Positions 17,191 through 26,580 of a DNA stretch of 64,000 bases are shown here, one piece after another (the first letter of the stretch is position 1; each line of letters starts with the position of its first letter). The DNA is from an uncultured Chloroflexia bacterium. GTDB taxonomy: Bacteria > Chloroflexota > Limnocylindria > QHBO01. The position numbers and the translations under genes were made by a program. Location: NCBI GenBank assembly GCA_963814375.1, contig CAWFCQ010000004.1, positions 96,001 to 160,000 of the forward strand, given 5' to 3'. The notes below the pieces were generated by a model. That model saw only the letters and a list, made by a program, of their open reading frames with translations. It was not told where the DNA came from and did not search any database.

Positions 17191-19872
17191 ATGTCGAAGC
17201 CGCTCGTGATCGTCGAGTCGCCGGCCAAGGCCCGGACGCTGGCGCGCCTGCTCGGCGACGAGTACCAGGTCGAGGCCAGCGTCGGGCACATTCGCGACCT
17301 CCCCGGGAACGCGAGCGAGGTGCCGGCCGAGATCAAGGACAAGCCGTGGGGCCGGATCGGCGTCGACGTCGACAATGGCTTCCGGCCGTACTACGTGATC
17401 GCGCGCGACAAGACCGGCCGGATCCGCGACCTCCGCGCGGTGATGAAGGACGCCCCCGAGGTGCTGCTCGCCACCGACCCGGACCGCGAGGGCGAATCGA
17501 TCAGCTGGCACCTGCGGGAGGTGCTGAAGCCAAACGTACCGATCCGGCGCATCGAGTTCCACGAGATCACCGCAGAGGCCGTCCGGCGCGCGATCGACGA
17601 AGCGCGTGACATCGATCTCCAGCTGGTCGACGCGCAGGAGAGCCGCCGCATCGTCGATCGCCTGTACGGCTACATGGTCTCCCCGGTCCTGTGGAAGAAG
17701 GTCCAGACGGGCCTGAGCGCCGGGCGCGTGCAGAGCGTTGCCGTGCGCCTGGTCGTGGAGCGCGAGGAGGAGCGCAGCGCCTTCCGCAGCAGCGCCTACT
17801 GGAATCTCGAAGCGCACCTCCGCACGGCGGACGCCTCATTCACGGCCACGCTCGACCGCATCGGCGATGCGCGACTGGCAACCGGCAAGGACTTCGACCC
17901 GGCCACGGGGCGCCTCAGGGACGCGAGCGCCAGGATGCTGGATGAGCCGACCGCGCGCCAGCTGCGGGATGCGCTCGCGGGTCGCCTGCCGTGGTCGGTG
18001 ACCTCGGTCGAGGAGCGGCCCGCCACGCAGCGGCCGTCCGCACCGTTCACGACGTCCACGCTCCAGCAGGAGGCGAACCGCAAGCTCGGGTTCTCGGCCG
18101 AGCGGACCATGAGCGCGGCCCAGCGGCTGTTCCAGGAAGGCATCATCTCCTACCACCGCACGGACTCGACCACCCTGAGCGAGCGCGCGCTGAGCGAGTC
18201 GGCGACGGCCATCCGCGATCTGTACGGGGCCGATTTCTACGGCGGACCGCGGCAGTATCGGACGAAGGTCAAGAACGCCCAGGAAGCGCACGAGGCGATC
18301 CGGCCGACCGACTTCGGGCAGACCCCGACCCGTCTGGAGCAGCGATTCGGAGCGGATGAGCAGCGCCTCTACGAGCTGATCTGGAAGCGCGCGGTCGCGT
18401 CGCAGATGGCCGATGCTCGGCTGCAGCGCACGACGCTCGAGATCACCGCCGATGGGCCGGACGGGCCGTGCTACTTCACCGCCTCTGGCCGGACCATCCA
18501 GTTCGCTGGATTCCTGCGCGCGTATGTCGAGGGCTCGGATGATCCGGCCGCCGAGCTTGGCGACCAGGACACCACCCTGCCGGCGCTTCACCCCGGAGAC
18601 GAGGTGACGGCCGATGGGGCGCTCGCGCTGGCGGCGCTGGAGCCGAAGGGCCACGAGACGATCCCGCCCGCGCGCTACACCGATGCCTCGTTGGTGAAGC
18701 GCCTCGAGGAGGACGGCATCGGCAGACCGTCGACCTACGCCTCGATCATCTCGACCATCGAACGCCGGGGCTACGTGTGGCGGCAGGGCAAGGTGCTCAT
18801 TCCGACGTTCACGGCGTATGCCGTGACGCGGCTGCTCAAGGAGCACTTCGCCGCGCTGGTCGAGCTCGGCTTCACCGGCCAGATCGAGGAGTCGCTCGAC
18901 GAGATCGCGAAGGGCGAACGAGAGCGCGACGAGTTTCTCGCCACGTTCTACAACGGTGGTGCCGGGCAGGAGTGGCCCGGACTCAGGCCACTCGTCGAGA
19001 ACGAAGGCCAGATCGACTACCCCGTCATCGCGCTCGGGTCGCATCCGGAGACCGGCGTCCCGGTGGTCGTGCGCATCGGCCGATTCGGCCCCTACGTCCA
19101 GGTCGGCGAGGGCGAGTCCGCCGTCAATGCCTCCGTGCCGGACGAGGTGCCGCCTGCCGACTTCACGCTCGAGATGGCGGTCGAGCTGGTCGCGTCGCGC
19201 GCGAAGGGACCGGAGAGCCTCGGCAACGACCCCGCATCGGGGCTCCCGGTGTACGTCATGACCGGAAGGTTCGGGCCATACGTGCAGCTCGGCGAGACGC
19301 CCGAGAAGGGCAGCAAGGAAAAGCCCCGTCGCGCATCGCTGACGAGTGACGATGCAGAGGCGCGGATCACGCTGGCACGCGCACTCGAGCTCCTCGCACT
19401 TCCACGGCTCGTCGGCAACGACCCGGAGAGCGGGGAGGAGGTCGTCGCCAACTTCGGTCGATACGGGCCGTACGTGAAGCGCGGCGATGAGTTCCGGTCG
19501 CTCTCGTCGGACGCACAGGTGTTCGAGGTGAGCATCGAGGAGGCGGTCGAGCTCCTGAACACGGAGAAGCCATCGCGCCGTGGCGCTACAAGAAAAGTGC
19601 TGCGCGAGCTTGGGCCGCATCCCGACTCCGGCACCCCGATCCGGCTCCTCGACGGCAGGTACGGCCCCTATGTCAGCGACGGCACCACGAACGCGTCGCT
19701 CCCCTCTGAGGCCAGTCCGGACACTGTGACGCTCGACATCGCGGTCGGGCTGCTCAAGGCGCGTGAGGAGACGAAGCCCGCGGGCCGTCAGCGCCGACGC
19801 CCGAGCCGGCGGAGCGGCGCCGCGCGGCCGAAGGCACGCGGCAAGACCGCCGTGGGCGACGATCCTGCGTGA
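17191..19872 (+). CDS. topA: DNA topoisomerase I with C-terminal Toprim_C-type repeats (alternative start at 17125)
   Basis: LVIVESPAKA, ATDPDREGE, SAGRVQS, ISYHRTDS catalytic Tyr, QEAHEAIRPT, GIGRPSTY, four GR(F/Y)GPYV repeats. Confidence 0.96.
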   Translation: MSKPLVIVESPAKARTLARLLGDEYQVEASVGHIRDLPGNASEVPAEIKDKPWGRIGVDVDNGFRPYYVIARDKTGRIRDLRAVMKDAPEVLLATDPDREGESISWHLREVLKPNVPIRRIEFHEITAEAVRRAIDEARDIDLQLVDAQESRRIVDRLYGYMVSPVLWKKVQTGLSAGRVQSVAVRLVVEREEERSAFRSSAYWNLEAHLRTADASFTATLDRIGDARLATGKDFDPATGRLRDASARMLDEPTARQLRDALAGRLPWSVTSVEERPATQRPSAPFTTSTLQQEANRKLGFSAERTMSAAQRLFQEGIISYHRTDSTTLSERALSESATAIRDLYGADFYGGPRQYRTKVKNAQEAHEAIRPTDFGQTPTRLEQRFGADEQRLYELIWKRAVASQMADARLQRTTLEITADGPDGPCYFTASGRTIQFAGFLRAYVEGSDDPAAELGDQDTTLPALHPGDEVTADGALALAALEPKGHETIPPARYTDASLVKRLEEDGIGRPSTYASIISTIERRGYVWRQGKVLIPTFTAYAVTRLLKEHFAALVELGFTGQIEESLDEIAKGERERDEFLATFYNGGAGQEWPGLRPLVENEGQIDYPVIALGSHPETGVPVVVRIGRFGPYVQVGEGESAVNASVPDEVPPADFTLEMAVELVASRAKGPESLGNDPASGLPVYVMTGRFGPYVQLGETPEKGSKEKPRRASLTSDDAEARITLARALELLALPRLVGNDPESGEEVVANFGRYGPYVKRGDEFRSLSSDAQVFEVSIEEAVELLNTEKPSRRGATRKVLRELGPHPDSGTPIRLLDGRYGPYVSDGTTNASLPSEASPDTVTLDIAVGLLKAREETKPAGRQRRRPSRRSGAARPKARGKTAVGDDPA

Positions 19873-20810
19873 CCCCCGCTCAGGAGGCGCAGCGGGCGCT
19901 GGACGCCTTCCTCGAAGCGCTCCGAGCCCGTAACGCATCTCCGGGGACGATCGTCGAGTATCGGCGCCACGGCACGGAGTACCTCGACTTCCTGGCCGGC
20001 CGCGGCGTCGACTGGAGGTCGCCCGAGCGTGCCGTCATCCGCGCCTATCTCGCCGCCCTGGCTGATCGCGGCCTGGCGGCGAGCTCCGTCGCCGGCCGGC
20101 TCGCCGCCGTTCGCTCTCTCTACCGCCATGCCCTACGCAACGGCCGGATCGAGACCGATCCGCTGGCCGGCGTTCGCGCGCCGCGCCGGCCGTCACGCCT
20201 GCCACGTGTCCTCTCGATCGACGAGGCAGAGGCGCTCGTCACCGCGCCGTCCCGGGCCGGCGGCCGCAGCGAGGCGCTGGTTCGGCGCGATGCCGCCATG
20301 CTCGAGCTGCTCTACGCGACCGGGATGCGCGTCAGCGAGCTGGCCGGTTTGACCATCGACCGTCTCGATGTCGAGCGGCGGCGGCTCAGGGTGATCGGCA
20401 AGGGCATGAAGGAGCGTCAGCTCCTGTTCGGCGCCCCCGCGGCGGCGGCGATGCGGGCCTACCTCCACACCGGGCGGCCGGAGCTGGCCCGACGGGGCGA
20501 GCACCCGCAGAGCGCGGTATTTCTCAATGCCCGGGGAGGACCGCTCGGCGCGCGTGGTGCGCGATGGGTCCTGCGTCGCTGGGTCGATGCGACCGGCGTC
20601 TCACCACGCACCTCGCCCCACACTTTGCGCCACTCCTTCGCCACCCATCTGCTCGAAGGCGGCGCCGACCTGCGCGTCGTGCAGGAGCTGCTCGGGCACG
20701 CGAACCTCCAGACGACGCAGATTTACACCCACCTCTCCGACGCCGCGCTGCGCAGCGCCTATCGCGACGCGCACCCGCGCGCGCGGTCCGGCGGGCGGGC
20801 GGGACGGTGA
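19869..20810 (+). CDS. xerC: Tyrosine recombinase XerC/XerD
   Basis: LYATGMRVSE, GKG.KER, HTLRHSFATH, LLGH, TTQIY; follows topA. Confidence 0.88.
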   Translation: MTPAQEAQRALDAFLEALRARNASPGTIVEYRRHGTEYLDFLAGRGVDWRSPERAVIRAYLAALADRGLAASSVAGRLAAVRSLYRHALRNGRIETDPLAGVRAPRRPSRLPRVLSIDEAEALVTAPSRAGGRSEALVRRDAAMLELLYATGMRVSELAGLTIDRLDVERRRLRVIGKGMKERQLLFGAPAAAAMRAYLHTGRPELARRGEHPQSAVFLNARGGPLGARGARWVLRRWVDATGVSPRTSPHTLRHSFATHLLEGGADLRVVQELLGHANLQTTQIYTHLSDAALRSAYRDAHPRARSGGRAGR

Positions 20811-22447
20811 CGCAGGGCCAGTCGAGCCCCGGCCCCACCCCCTCCGTGGCGCCGTCGGACGCGCCGACGCCCGAGGTGGGCGCGGGAGTCTCATCGGCGC
20901 GCGTCCTCGTCACCGCCAGCCTGATTCTCACGGTTGCCGCCCTCGCCAGCCGGCTCCTCGGCTGGATCCGGCTGCTCGTCATCGGCTCGGAGTTCGGCGC
21001 CAGCCGGGAGCTCGACGCCTACTTCGCCGCCTTCCGCATCCCCGATGCGATCTTCCAGCTCGTCGTCGCGGGCGCGCTGAGCGCGGCGCTTATCCCCGTC
21101 TTCTCGAGCTACAAGGCCCGCGGCCAGGATGAGGAAGCGTGGCGCCTGGCCAGCAGCGTCATCAACCTCGTCCTCATCGCGCTCGTCCTCATCAGCGGCG
21201 TGATGGCGATCTTCGCGCCGGCGTTCGTGCCCATCGTCGCGCCCGGGTTCGACGCCGAGACCACCGAGCTCACGGTGCGGCTGACGCGCATCATGCTGCT
21301 CAGCCCGGTGCTCGTCGGCATGGGCGCGGTGGTCACCGGGATCCTGAACAGCTACCACCAGTTCACGGTGCCGGCGATCGCCCCGCTGGTCTACAACCTC
21401 GCAATCATCGGCGCCGCGATCCTCCTTGCCCCCGTCATCGGCATCGAGGGTCTCGCCATCGGCGTCGTGATCGGGTCGCTGGCCCATCTCCTCATCCAGC
21501 TGCCTCGCCTCGCGAAGGTGGGGAACCGCTACCGGCCGATCATCGAGCTCGGCCACCCGGGGGTGCGGCGCGTGGTCACCCTCATGGGCCCACGAACCCT
21601 CGGGCTGGCGGCGGGCCAGATCAACTTCATCGTCAGCACCAGCCTCGCCTCCGCGCTCGTCGCCGGAAGCCTGACGGCCTACAACTATGCCTTCCAGCTC
21701 AGCCAGATCCCGGTCGGCGTGATCGGCGTGAGCATCGCGGTGGCCCTGTTTCCCACGCTGAGCCAGGACGCCGCCCTGGGGCGCATCGGCGAGATTCGGC
21801 GGCAGGTGGCGAACGCGGTTCGCGTGTTGATCTTCATTGCCGCACCCCTGACGGCGATCATGGTCGTGCTGCGTGAGCCGCTGACCAGCGTCTTCTACCA
21901 GTACGGCCTCTTCAGCCAGGAGGCCACCGAGCTGACGGCGAACGCCCTTCTCTTCTTCGCGCTCGGCCTCGGCGGGCACATCGTGGTCCACGTGCTGACG
22001 AGGGCGTTCTACGCCATGCAGGACACGCGGACACCGGTGACGTGGGCGATCATCGCCGTCGCAATCAACGTCCCGCTGATGGTTCTGCTGGTCGACCCGA
22101 TGGGCGTCGACGGCCTCGCGCTGGCGCTGTCGATCGCGGCCGTGCTGGAGGTCATCGGCCTGCTGTGGAGCCTCCATCGGCGCATCGAGTCGGTCGAGGG
22201 CGCCGCCATCCTGCGATCGCTGGCCCGAGCGACGGCCGCCGGGCTCGCCGCCGCGATCGTCATGCTGGCCGGACTCCTGCTGATCGAGGCCGCCATGCCA
22301 CAGCTCCTGGTGAACGGCCTCGGCCGGGTGGTCGTGCTGCTCACGCTCTCGGCCGCCGGCGGAGCGGTCTTTCTCGGGGTCGCCGCGCTGCTCCACTCGC
22401 CGGAGCTCGTCCAGCTGCGCGGGATCGTTCGCAGGCGTCGGACATGA
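20807..22447 (+). CDS. murJ: Lipid II flippase MurJ
   Basis: SRLLGWIR, DAYFAAFRIP, GALSAALIPV, RAFYAMQDTRTP; many TM segments; GTGA overlap. Confidence 0.93.
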   Translation: MTQGQSSPGPTPSVAPSDAPTPEVGAGVSSARVLVTASLILTVAALASRLLGWIRLLVIGSEFGASRELDAYFAAFRIPDAIFQLVVAGALSAALIPVFSSYKARGQDEEAWRLASSVINLVLIALVLISGVMAIFAPAFVPIVAPGFDAETTELTVRLTRIMLLSPVLVGMGAVVTGILNSYHQFTVPAIAPLVYNLAIIGAAILLAPVIGIEGLAIGVVIGSLAHLLIQLPRLAKVGNRYRPIIELGHPGVRRVVTLMGPRTLGLAAGQINFIVSTSLASALVAGSLTAYNYAFQLSQIPVGVIGVSIAVALFPTLSQDAALGRIGEIRRQVANAVRVLIFIAAPLTAIMVVLREPLTSVFYQYGLFSQEATELTANALLFFALGLGGHIVVHVLTRAFYAMQDTRTPVTWAIIAVAINVPLMVLLVDPMGVDGLALALSIAAVLEVIGLLWSLHRRIESVEGAAILRSLARATAAGLAAAIVMLAGLLLIEAAMPQLLVNGLGRVVVLLTLSAAGGAVFLGVAALLHSPELVQLRGIVRRRRT

Positions 22448-23508
22448 TCGAGCTGCGACCCGCGAGGGAGGCCGATGGCGCGGCGTGGCAGGCATTCCTG
22501 GCCGCCACGTCGACCGGGGACTTCCTGCATGACTGGGCATGGGCCGAAGTCGCGGCCCACGACGGCGAGCCGCCGCACCGTTACCTCCTCGAGGAGGACG
22601 GCTCGATCGTGGCGATCGTCGCGGCGCAGCCCCGCTCGCTGCCCCTTGGGCGCACCTTCTGGTACGTCCCGCATGGACCGGTCATCGACCTCGCGAATCC
22701 GCGGGCCGCGGAACGGCTCAAGGCTCTTTTCGTGGCCCTGCGCGTGGTCGCAGCGGAGCACCGGGCCGTCGCCGTCAAGCTCGAGCCGCGGGTGGAGGCC
22801 GGCGGTGCGCCCGCGGAGATCTTCCATCACGCGCGTGGCCTTCGACCGATGGCGAACACGCTCCAGGTGGGCCAGACCCGCATCGTCGATCTCACCGACG
22901 ATGATTCGCTGATGGGCGGCTTCGACAAGGACACGCGCTACTCGATTCGACGCGCGGAGCGCGAGGGCGTTGCGGTTCGCGTCGTGGATGACGCAACGGA
23001 CACCCGGCCGGTCGACGACCTCCACCAGCTGGTTGGCGAGACGCAGCGCCGGGCCGGATTCCCGATGCCGTCGCTCGAGCGCTATCGAATCGCATGGCGG
23101 AGCCTTGCGGGCGCTGGTCGGGGGGCGATCCTGGAAGCACGGCGCGATGACGCGATTCTGGCGTCGGGGATGGTGGTGATCGAGGGCGACCGCTCCTTCT
23201 ACCTCTTCAGCGGCTCCCGCCGCGAGGAGCGCGGCGAGCCGAAGCACTACGCCAGCTACGCCCTGCAGTGGGCGATGATGCGGTACGCCCGCGATCGCGG
23301 CGCCCAACATCACGACCTGTGGGGCGTCGCGCCGCCCGGCGCGCCACCGGACCATCCCTGGGCCGGGGTCGGCCTCTTCAAGAAGGGCTTCGGCGGGCGC
23401 GAGGTGACCTGGGCTGGAAGCTCCGACCTCGTCGTCGATCCCACCCTCTATCGGCTTCGCGCGGCGACGGGGATCATGCGTGGCTGGCTGCGAAGACTGC
23501 GCCGATGA
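22444..23508 (+). CDS. FemABX-family aminoacyl-tRNA:peptidoglycan ligase (copy 1)
   Basis: FLHDWAW, YVPHGP, TRYSIRRA, YALQW, DLWGV, FKKGFGG. Confidence 0.88.
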   Translation: MIELRPAREADGAAWQAFLAATSTGDFLHDWAWAEVAAHDGEPPHRYLLEEDGSIVAIVAAQPRSLPLGRTFWYVPHGPVIDLANPRAAERLKALFVALRVVAAEHRAVAVKLEPRVEAGGAPAEIFHHARGLRPMANTLQVGQTRIVDLTDDDSLMGGFDKDTRYSIRRAEREGVAVRVVDDATDTRPVDDLHQLVGETQRRAGFPMPSLERYRIAWRSLAGAGRGAILEARRDDAILASGMVVIEGDRSFYLFSGSRREERGEPKHYASYALQWAMMRYARDRGAQHHDLWGVAPPGAPPDHPWAGVGLFKKGFGGREVTWAGSSDLVVDPTLYRLRAATGIMRGWLRRLRR

Positions 23509-24989
23509 GCATGGGGCTCGGTGCGCTCGCGGACGTGATCGGCCCGGACCGCGTGAGCGGGATCCCGGTCGGCGAAATCTCCGCGCTTGCCTATGACTCC
23601 CGTGCCGTCAACCCGGGCACCCTCTTCTTCGCCGTCCCCGGCGTGCACGTCGACGGCCACGACTTCGTCGCCGATGCCGTCGCGGCCGGCGCGGCTGCCG
23701 TCGTGGTCGAGCGGGAGCTGTCCGGGGTCGAGGTCCCGCAGCTCGTCGTGGATCGGACGCGCCGCGCGCTGGCGGATGCCGCCGACGCATGGTTCGGCCG
23801 TCCGTCGGAGAAGCTCCGCGTCATCGGCATCACCGGCACGGATGGCAAGACGACGACTGCGTTCCTGGCGGTCGACGTGCTGCGGGCATCGGGGCGGCGC
23901 CCTGGGATGGTCGGTACCGTGGCCGTCGACATCGGCGAGCAGCGGCTCTCGAACCAGGATCGCAACACGACGCCGGAGGCCCTCGAGCTCCAGGGCCTGC
24001 TGGCGGAGATGGTCGCGGCCGGTAACGACGGGGTGGTCATGGAGGCCACCTCCCACGGCCTCGCCCTCGAGCGGACGCGAAACTGTCGGTTCCGCGTCGG
24101 CGTGGTGACCGGCGTCACGAGCGAGCATCTCGAGTTCCACGGCAGCCTGGAGGCGTATCGGTCGGCGAAGGCGCGGCTCGTCGAGGAGGCGCCGATGACG
24201 ATCCTGAATGCTGACGATCCGTCGTTCGGCTACTTCCGCGACCGTGCGTCGGACGCCGTCCTGACCTACGCCATCGAAGCCGATGCGGACCTGCGCGCCA
24301 GCGACGTCGACGCGGACGCCACCGGCAGCCGCTTCACCCTGGTTGCGCCCGAGTGGAGCGGATCGGTCGCTCTGCCGATGCCCGGACGCTTCAACGTCAG
24401 CAACGCGCTGGCGGCGCTCGCGATCGCGCACGTCGAGGGCGTGCCGTTGGGCGACGCGACGTCGGCGCTGGCCAACAGCGCAGGGGTGCCCGGACGGATG
24501 GAGCGGGTGGACGCCGGCCAGCCGTTCGCGGTGGTGGTCGACTACGCCCACACCGCCGACTCGCTCGCGAAGGTGCTGAGCATGCTGCGGCCAGTCACCC
24601 GCGGTCGCCTCATCGCCGTCTTCGGCTCGGCGGGGGAGCGTGACCCCACCAAGCGTCCGGCAATGGGACGGGTGAGCGCGGAGCTCGCCGACCTCACGAT
24701 CGTGACCGACGAGGATCCGCGCCTCGAGGACCCCCGCGTCATCAACGACGCGATCGCCGCCGGCGCACGTGCCGCGGGGGCGCGAGATCGCGAGACGCTG
24801 TTGGTGATCGACGACCGACGCGAGGCGATTGCCCACGCCGTCGGTCTCGCGGCCGAGGGCGACGTCATCCTCCTGGCCGGCAAGGGCCACGAGACGAGCA
24901 TCTTCTACGGCACCGAGAAGCGACCATGGGACGATCGCCTCGTGGCACGCGAGGCCCTGGCGGCAGGCGGATGGACCGATGAGCGCTGA
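23505..24989 (+). CDS. murE: UDP-MurNAc-tripeptide synthetase MurE
   Basis: DSR, GITGTDGKTT, TTPE, MEATSHG, EHLEFH, VPGRME, DYAHT, AGKGHE; specificity motif EDPR. Confidence 0.95.
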   Translation: MSMGLGALADVIGPDRVSGIPVGEISALAYDSRAVNPGTLFFAVPGVHVDGHDFVADAVAAGAAAVVVERELSGVEVPQLVVDRTRRALADAADAWFGRPSEKLRVIGITGTDGKTTTAFLAVDVLRASGRRPGMVGTVAVDIGEQRLSNQDRNTTPEALELQGLLAEMVAAGNDGVVMEATSHGLALERTRNCRFRVGVVTGVTSEHLEFHGSLEAYRSAKARLVEEAPMTILNADDPSFGYFRDRASDAVLTYAIEADADLRASDVDADATGSRFTLVAPEWSGSVALPMPGRFNVSNALAALAIAHVEGVPLGDATSALANSAGVPGRMERVDAGQPFAVVVDYAHTADSLAKVLSMLRPVTRGRLIAVFGSAGERDPTKRPAMGRVSAELADLTIVTDEDPRLEDPRVINDAIAAGARAAGARDRETLLVIDDRREAIAHAVGLAAEGDVILLAGKGHETSIFYGTEKRPWDDRLVAREALAAGGWTDER

Positions 24990-26058
24990 GCTGCGCGCGT
25001 GGCGCGTGACCGATGCCGCGTCGTGGAACGCGTTCGTCGAGGCCGCGCCGTACCACGCCTTCCCGCAGCTGTGGGAGTGGGGCGAGGTGCGGGCCATGGG
25101 CGGCTGGCGGCCGATCCGGCTCGCCGTCGGACCATCGCCCGACCGGCCGCTGGCCGGTGCCCAGCTCCTCCTGCGGCGCATTCCGTTGGTCGGCTGGCAC
25201 CTTGCGTACGTCCCCCGTGGGCCGATCGGCGAGCTCGACGACCCCGCCGTGCGCGAAGGGCTGCTCGGCGCGCTGCGGTCGCTCGGTCGTGCCGAGAGAA
25301 TCGCCACTGTCCGTGCCGATCCGGAGGCGACGCCCTCGTCGGGGTACGGCGCCGCGCTGCTTCGCTCGCCGTGGCGGGCCGCACCCAAGGTGCAGCCGCC
25401 CGTGACCCGGACAATCGACCTGACCGTCGGTGAGGACGCGCTCCGCGCCAACCTGAAGCGGAAGCACCGGCAGTACGTCAACAAGGCGGAACGCTCCGGG
25501 ATCAGCATCGAGCGCTTCGACGGCTCGGCGCCACGCGACCTCATCGGTCCCGCGCTTGCGGACTTCAACCGCATCTATCGGTTCACCGCAGACCGTGCCG
25601 GGTTCGTGGCGAGGCAGCCGTTCTACTACGAGCGCGTCTGGTCGATCTTCGCGCCGACGGGCCGCGTCCGCCTGAGCTTCGCGGTGCGCGACGGAGAGCG
25701 GGTCGCCACCATCTTCCATTTCACCTGTGGCGACCGCGCGGTCGAGTCGTACGGCGGCATGACCGATCCCGGCGCCGAGGCGCGCGCCAACTACTTCCTG
25801 AAGTGGGCGGCCATCAGCGATTTCGCGCGCGAGGGCTTCGCCGTCTACGACCTGTGGGGACTCGCGACCGGCGGCATTCGCCAGTTCAAAGAGGGCTTCG
25901 GCGGCGACGAGGTCACCTACGTCGGCGCGCGCGACCTTGCCCTGCGCGCCCCCATCGATGCCGTGCTCCGTGTGGGCCTGCCTGCCTACGGCTGGGCCCA
26001 GCGCGCTCGTCTGCGCCTGCGAGGGCAGGCCGGGCCGGAGCCGACGGAAGCGGCCTGA
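24979..26058 (+). CDS. FemABX-family aminoacyl-tRNA:peptidoglycan ligase (copy 2)
   Basis: FPQLWEWGEV, YVPRGP, KHRQYVNKA, NYFLKW, YDLWG, FKEGFGG. Confidence 0.88.
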   Translation: MSAELRAWRVTDAASWNAFVEAAPYHAFPQLWEWGEVRAMGGWRPIRLAVGPSPDRPLAGAQLLLRRIPLVGWHLAYVPRGPIGELDDPAVREGLLGALRSLGRAERIATVRADPEATPSSGYGAALLRSPWRAAPKVQPPVTRTIDLTVGEDALRANLKRKHRQYVNKAERSGISIERFDGSAPRDLIGPALADFNRIYRFTADRAGFVARQPFYYERVWSIFAPTGRVRLSFAVRDGERVATIFHFTCGDRAVESYGGMTDPGAEARANYFLKWAAISDFAREGFAVYDLWGLATGGIRQFKEGFGGDEVTYVGARDLALRAPIDAVLRVGLPAYGWAQRARLRLRGQAGPEPTEAA

Positions 26059-26061
26059 CCG

Positions 26062-26559
26062 ATGCCATCGCCGGATCTCCTCCACCCGCGCGTCCGCGCC
26101 GAGCTCGAAGCGACCGGCGTCGAGTTCGAGGTCATGGAGTGCGACCCGGCGCTGGCCGACACCGCGGCATTCGTCGAGGCCTACGGCGTTCCACTCGACC
26201 ACAGCGCGAACACGATCGTGGTTGCCTCGAAGGGCGCTGAGCCGACATATGCGGCATGCGTTCTCCTGGCGACGACGTCCCTCGACGTGAACTCCGTCGT
26301 GCGCCGCGAGATGGGCGTTCGCAAGGCATCCTTCGCACGCGGCGATCCGGTGCACGACCTGACCGGCATGGAGATCGGCGGTGTGACGCCGTTCGGTCTG
26401 CCGGATGACCTGCCGGTGCTCGTCGACGATCGGGTCTTGGAGCCGGAGTGGATCATCCTCGGGGGCGGTAACCGCTCGTCGAAGCTGAGGGTGGCGCCAA
26501 GCGTACTGCGCGCGCTCGCTTCGGTCCGCGTGGTTCCCGGCCTCGCCGTCATGCGCTGA
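26062..26559 (+). CDS. YbaK/ProXp-family aminoacyl-tRNA trans-editing protein
   Basis: TGMEIGGVTPFG, VLVD, GGGNR motifs. Confidence 0.85.
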   Translation: MPSPDLLHPRVRAELEATGVEFEVMECDPALADTAAFVEAYGVPLDHSANTIVVASKGAEPTYAACVLLATTSLDVNSVVRREMGVRKASFARGDPVHDLTGMEIGGVTPFGLPDDLPVLVDDRVLEPEWIILGGGNRSSKLRVAPSVLRALASVRVVPGLAVMR

Positions 26560-26580
26560 GTCTCGCCGTACACTTCCCCC

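Noticed and set aside
19869-20810. Tyrosine recombinase as an integrase of a mobile element
   Set aside because: XerC-like size and motifs in the usual dprA-topA-xerC context; no att repeats or cargo genes seen
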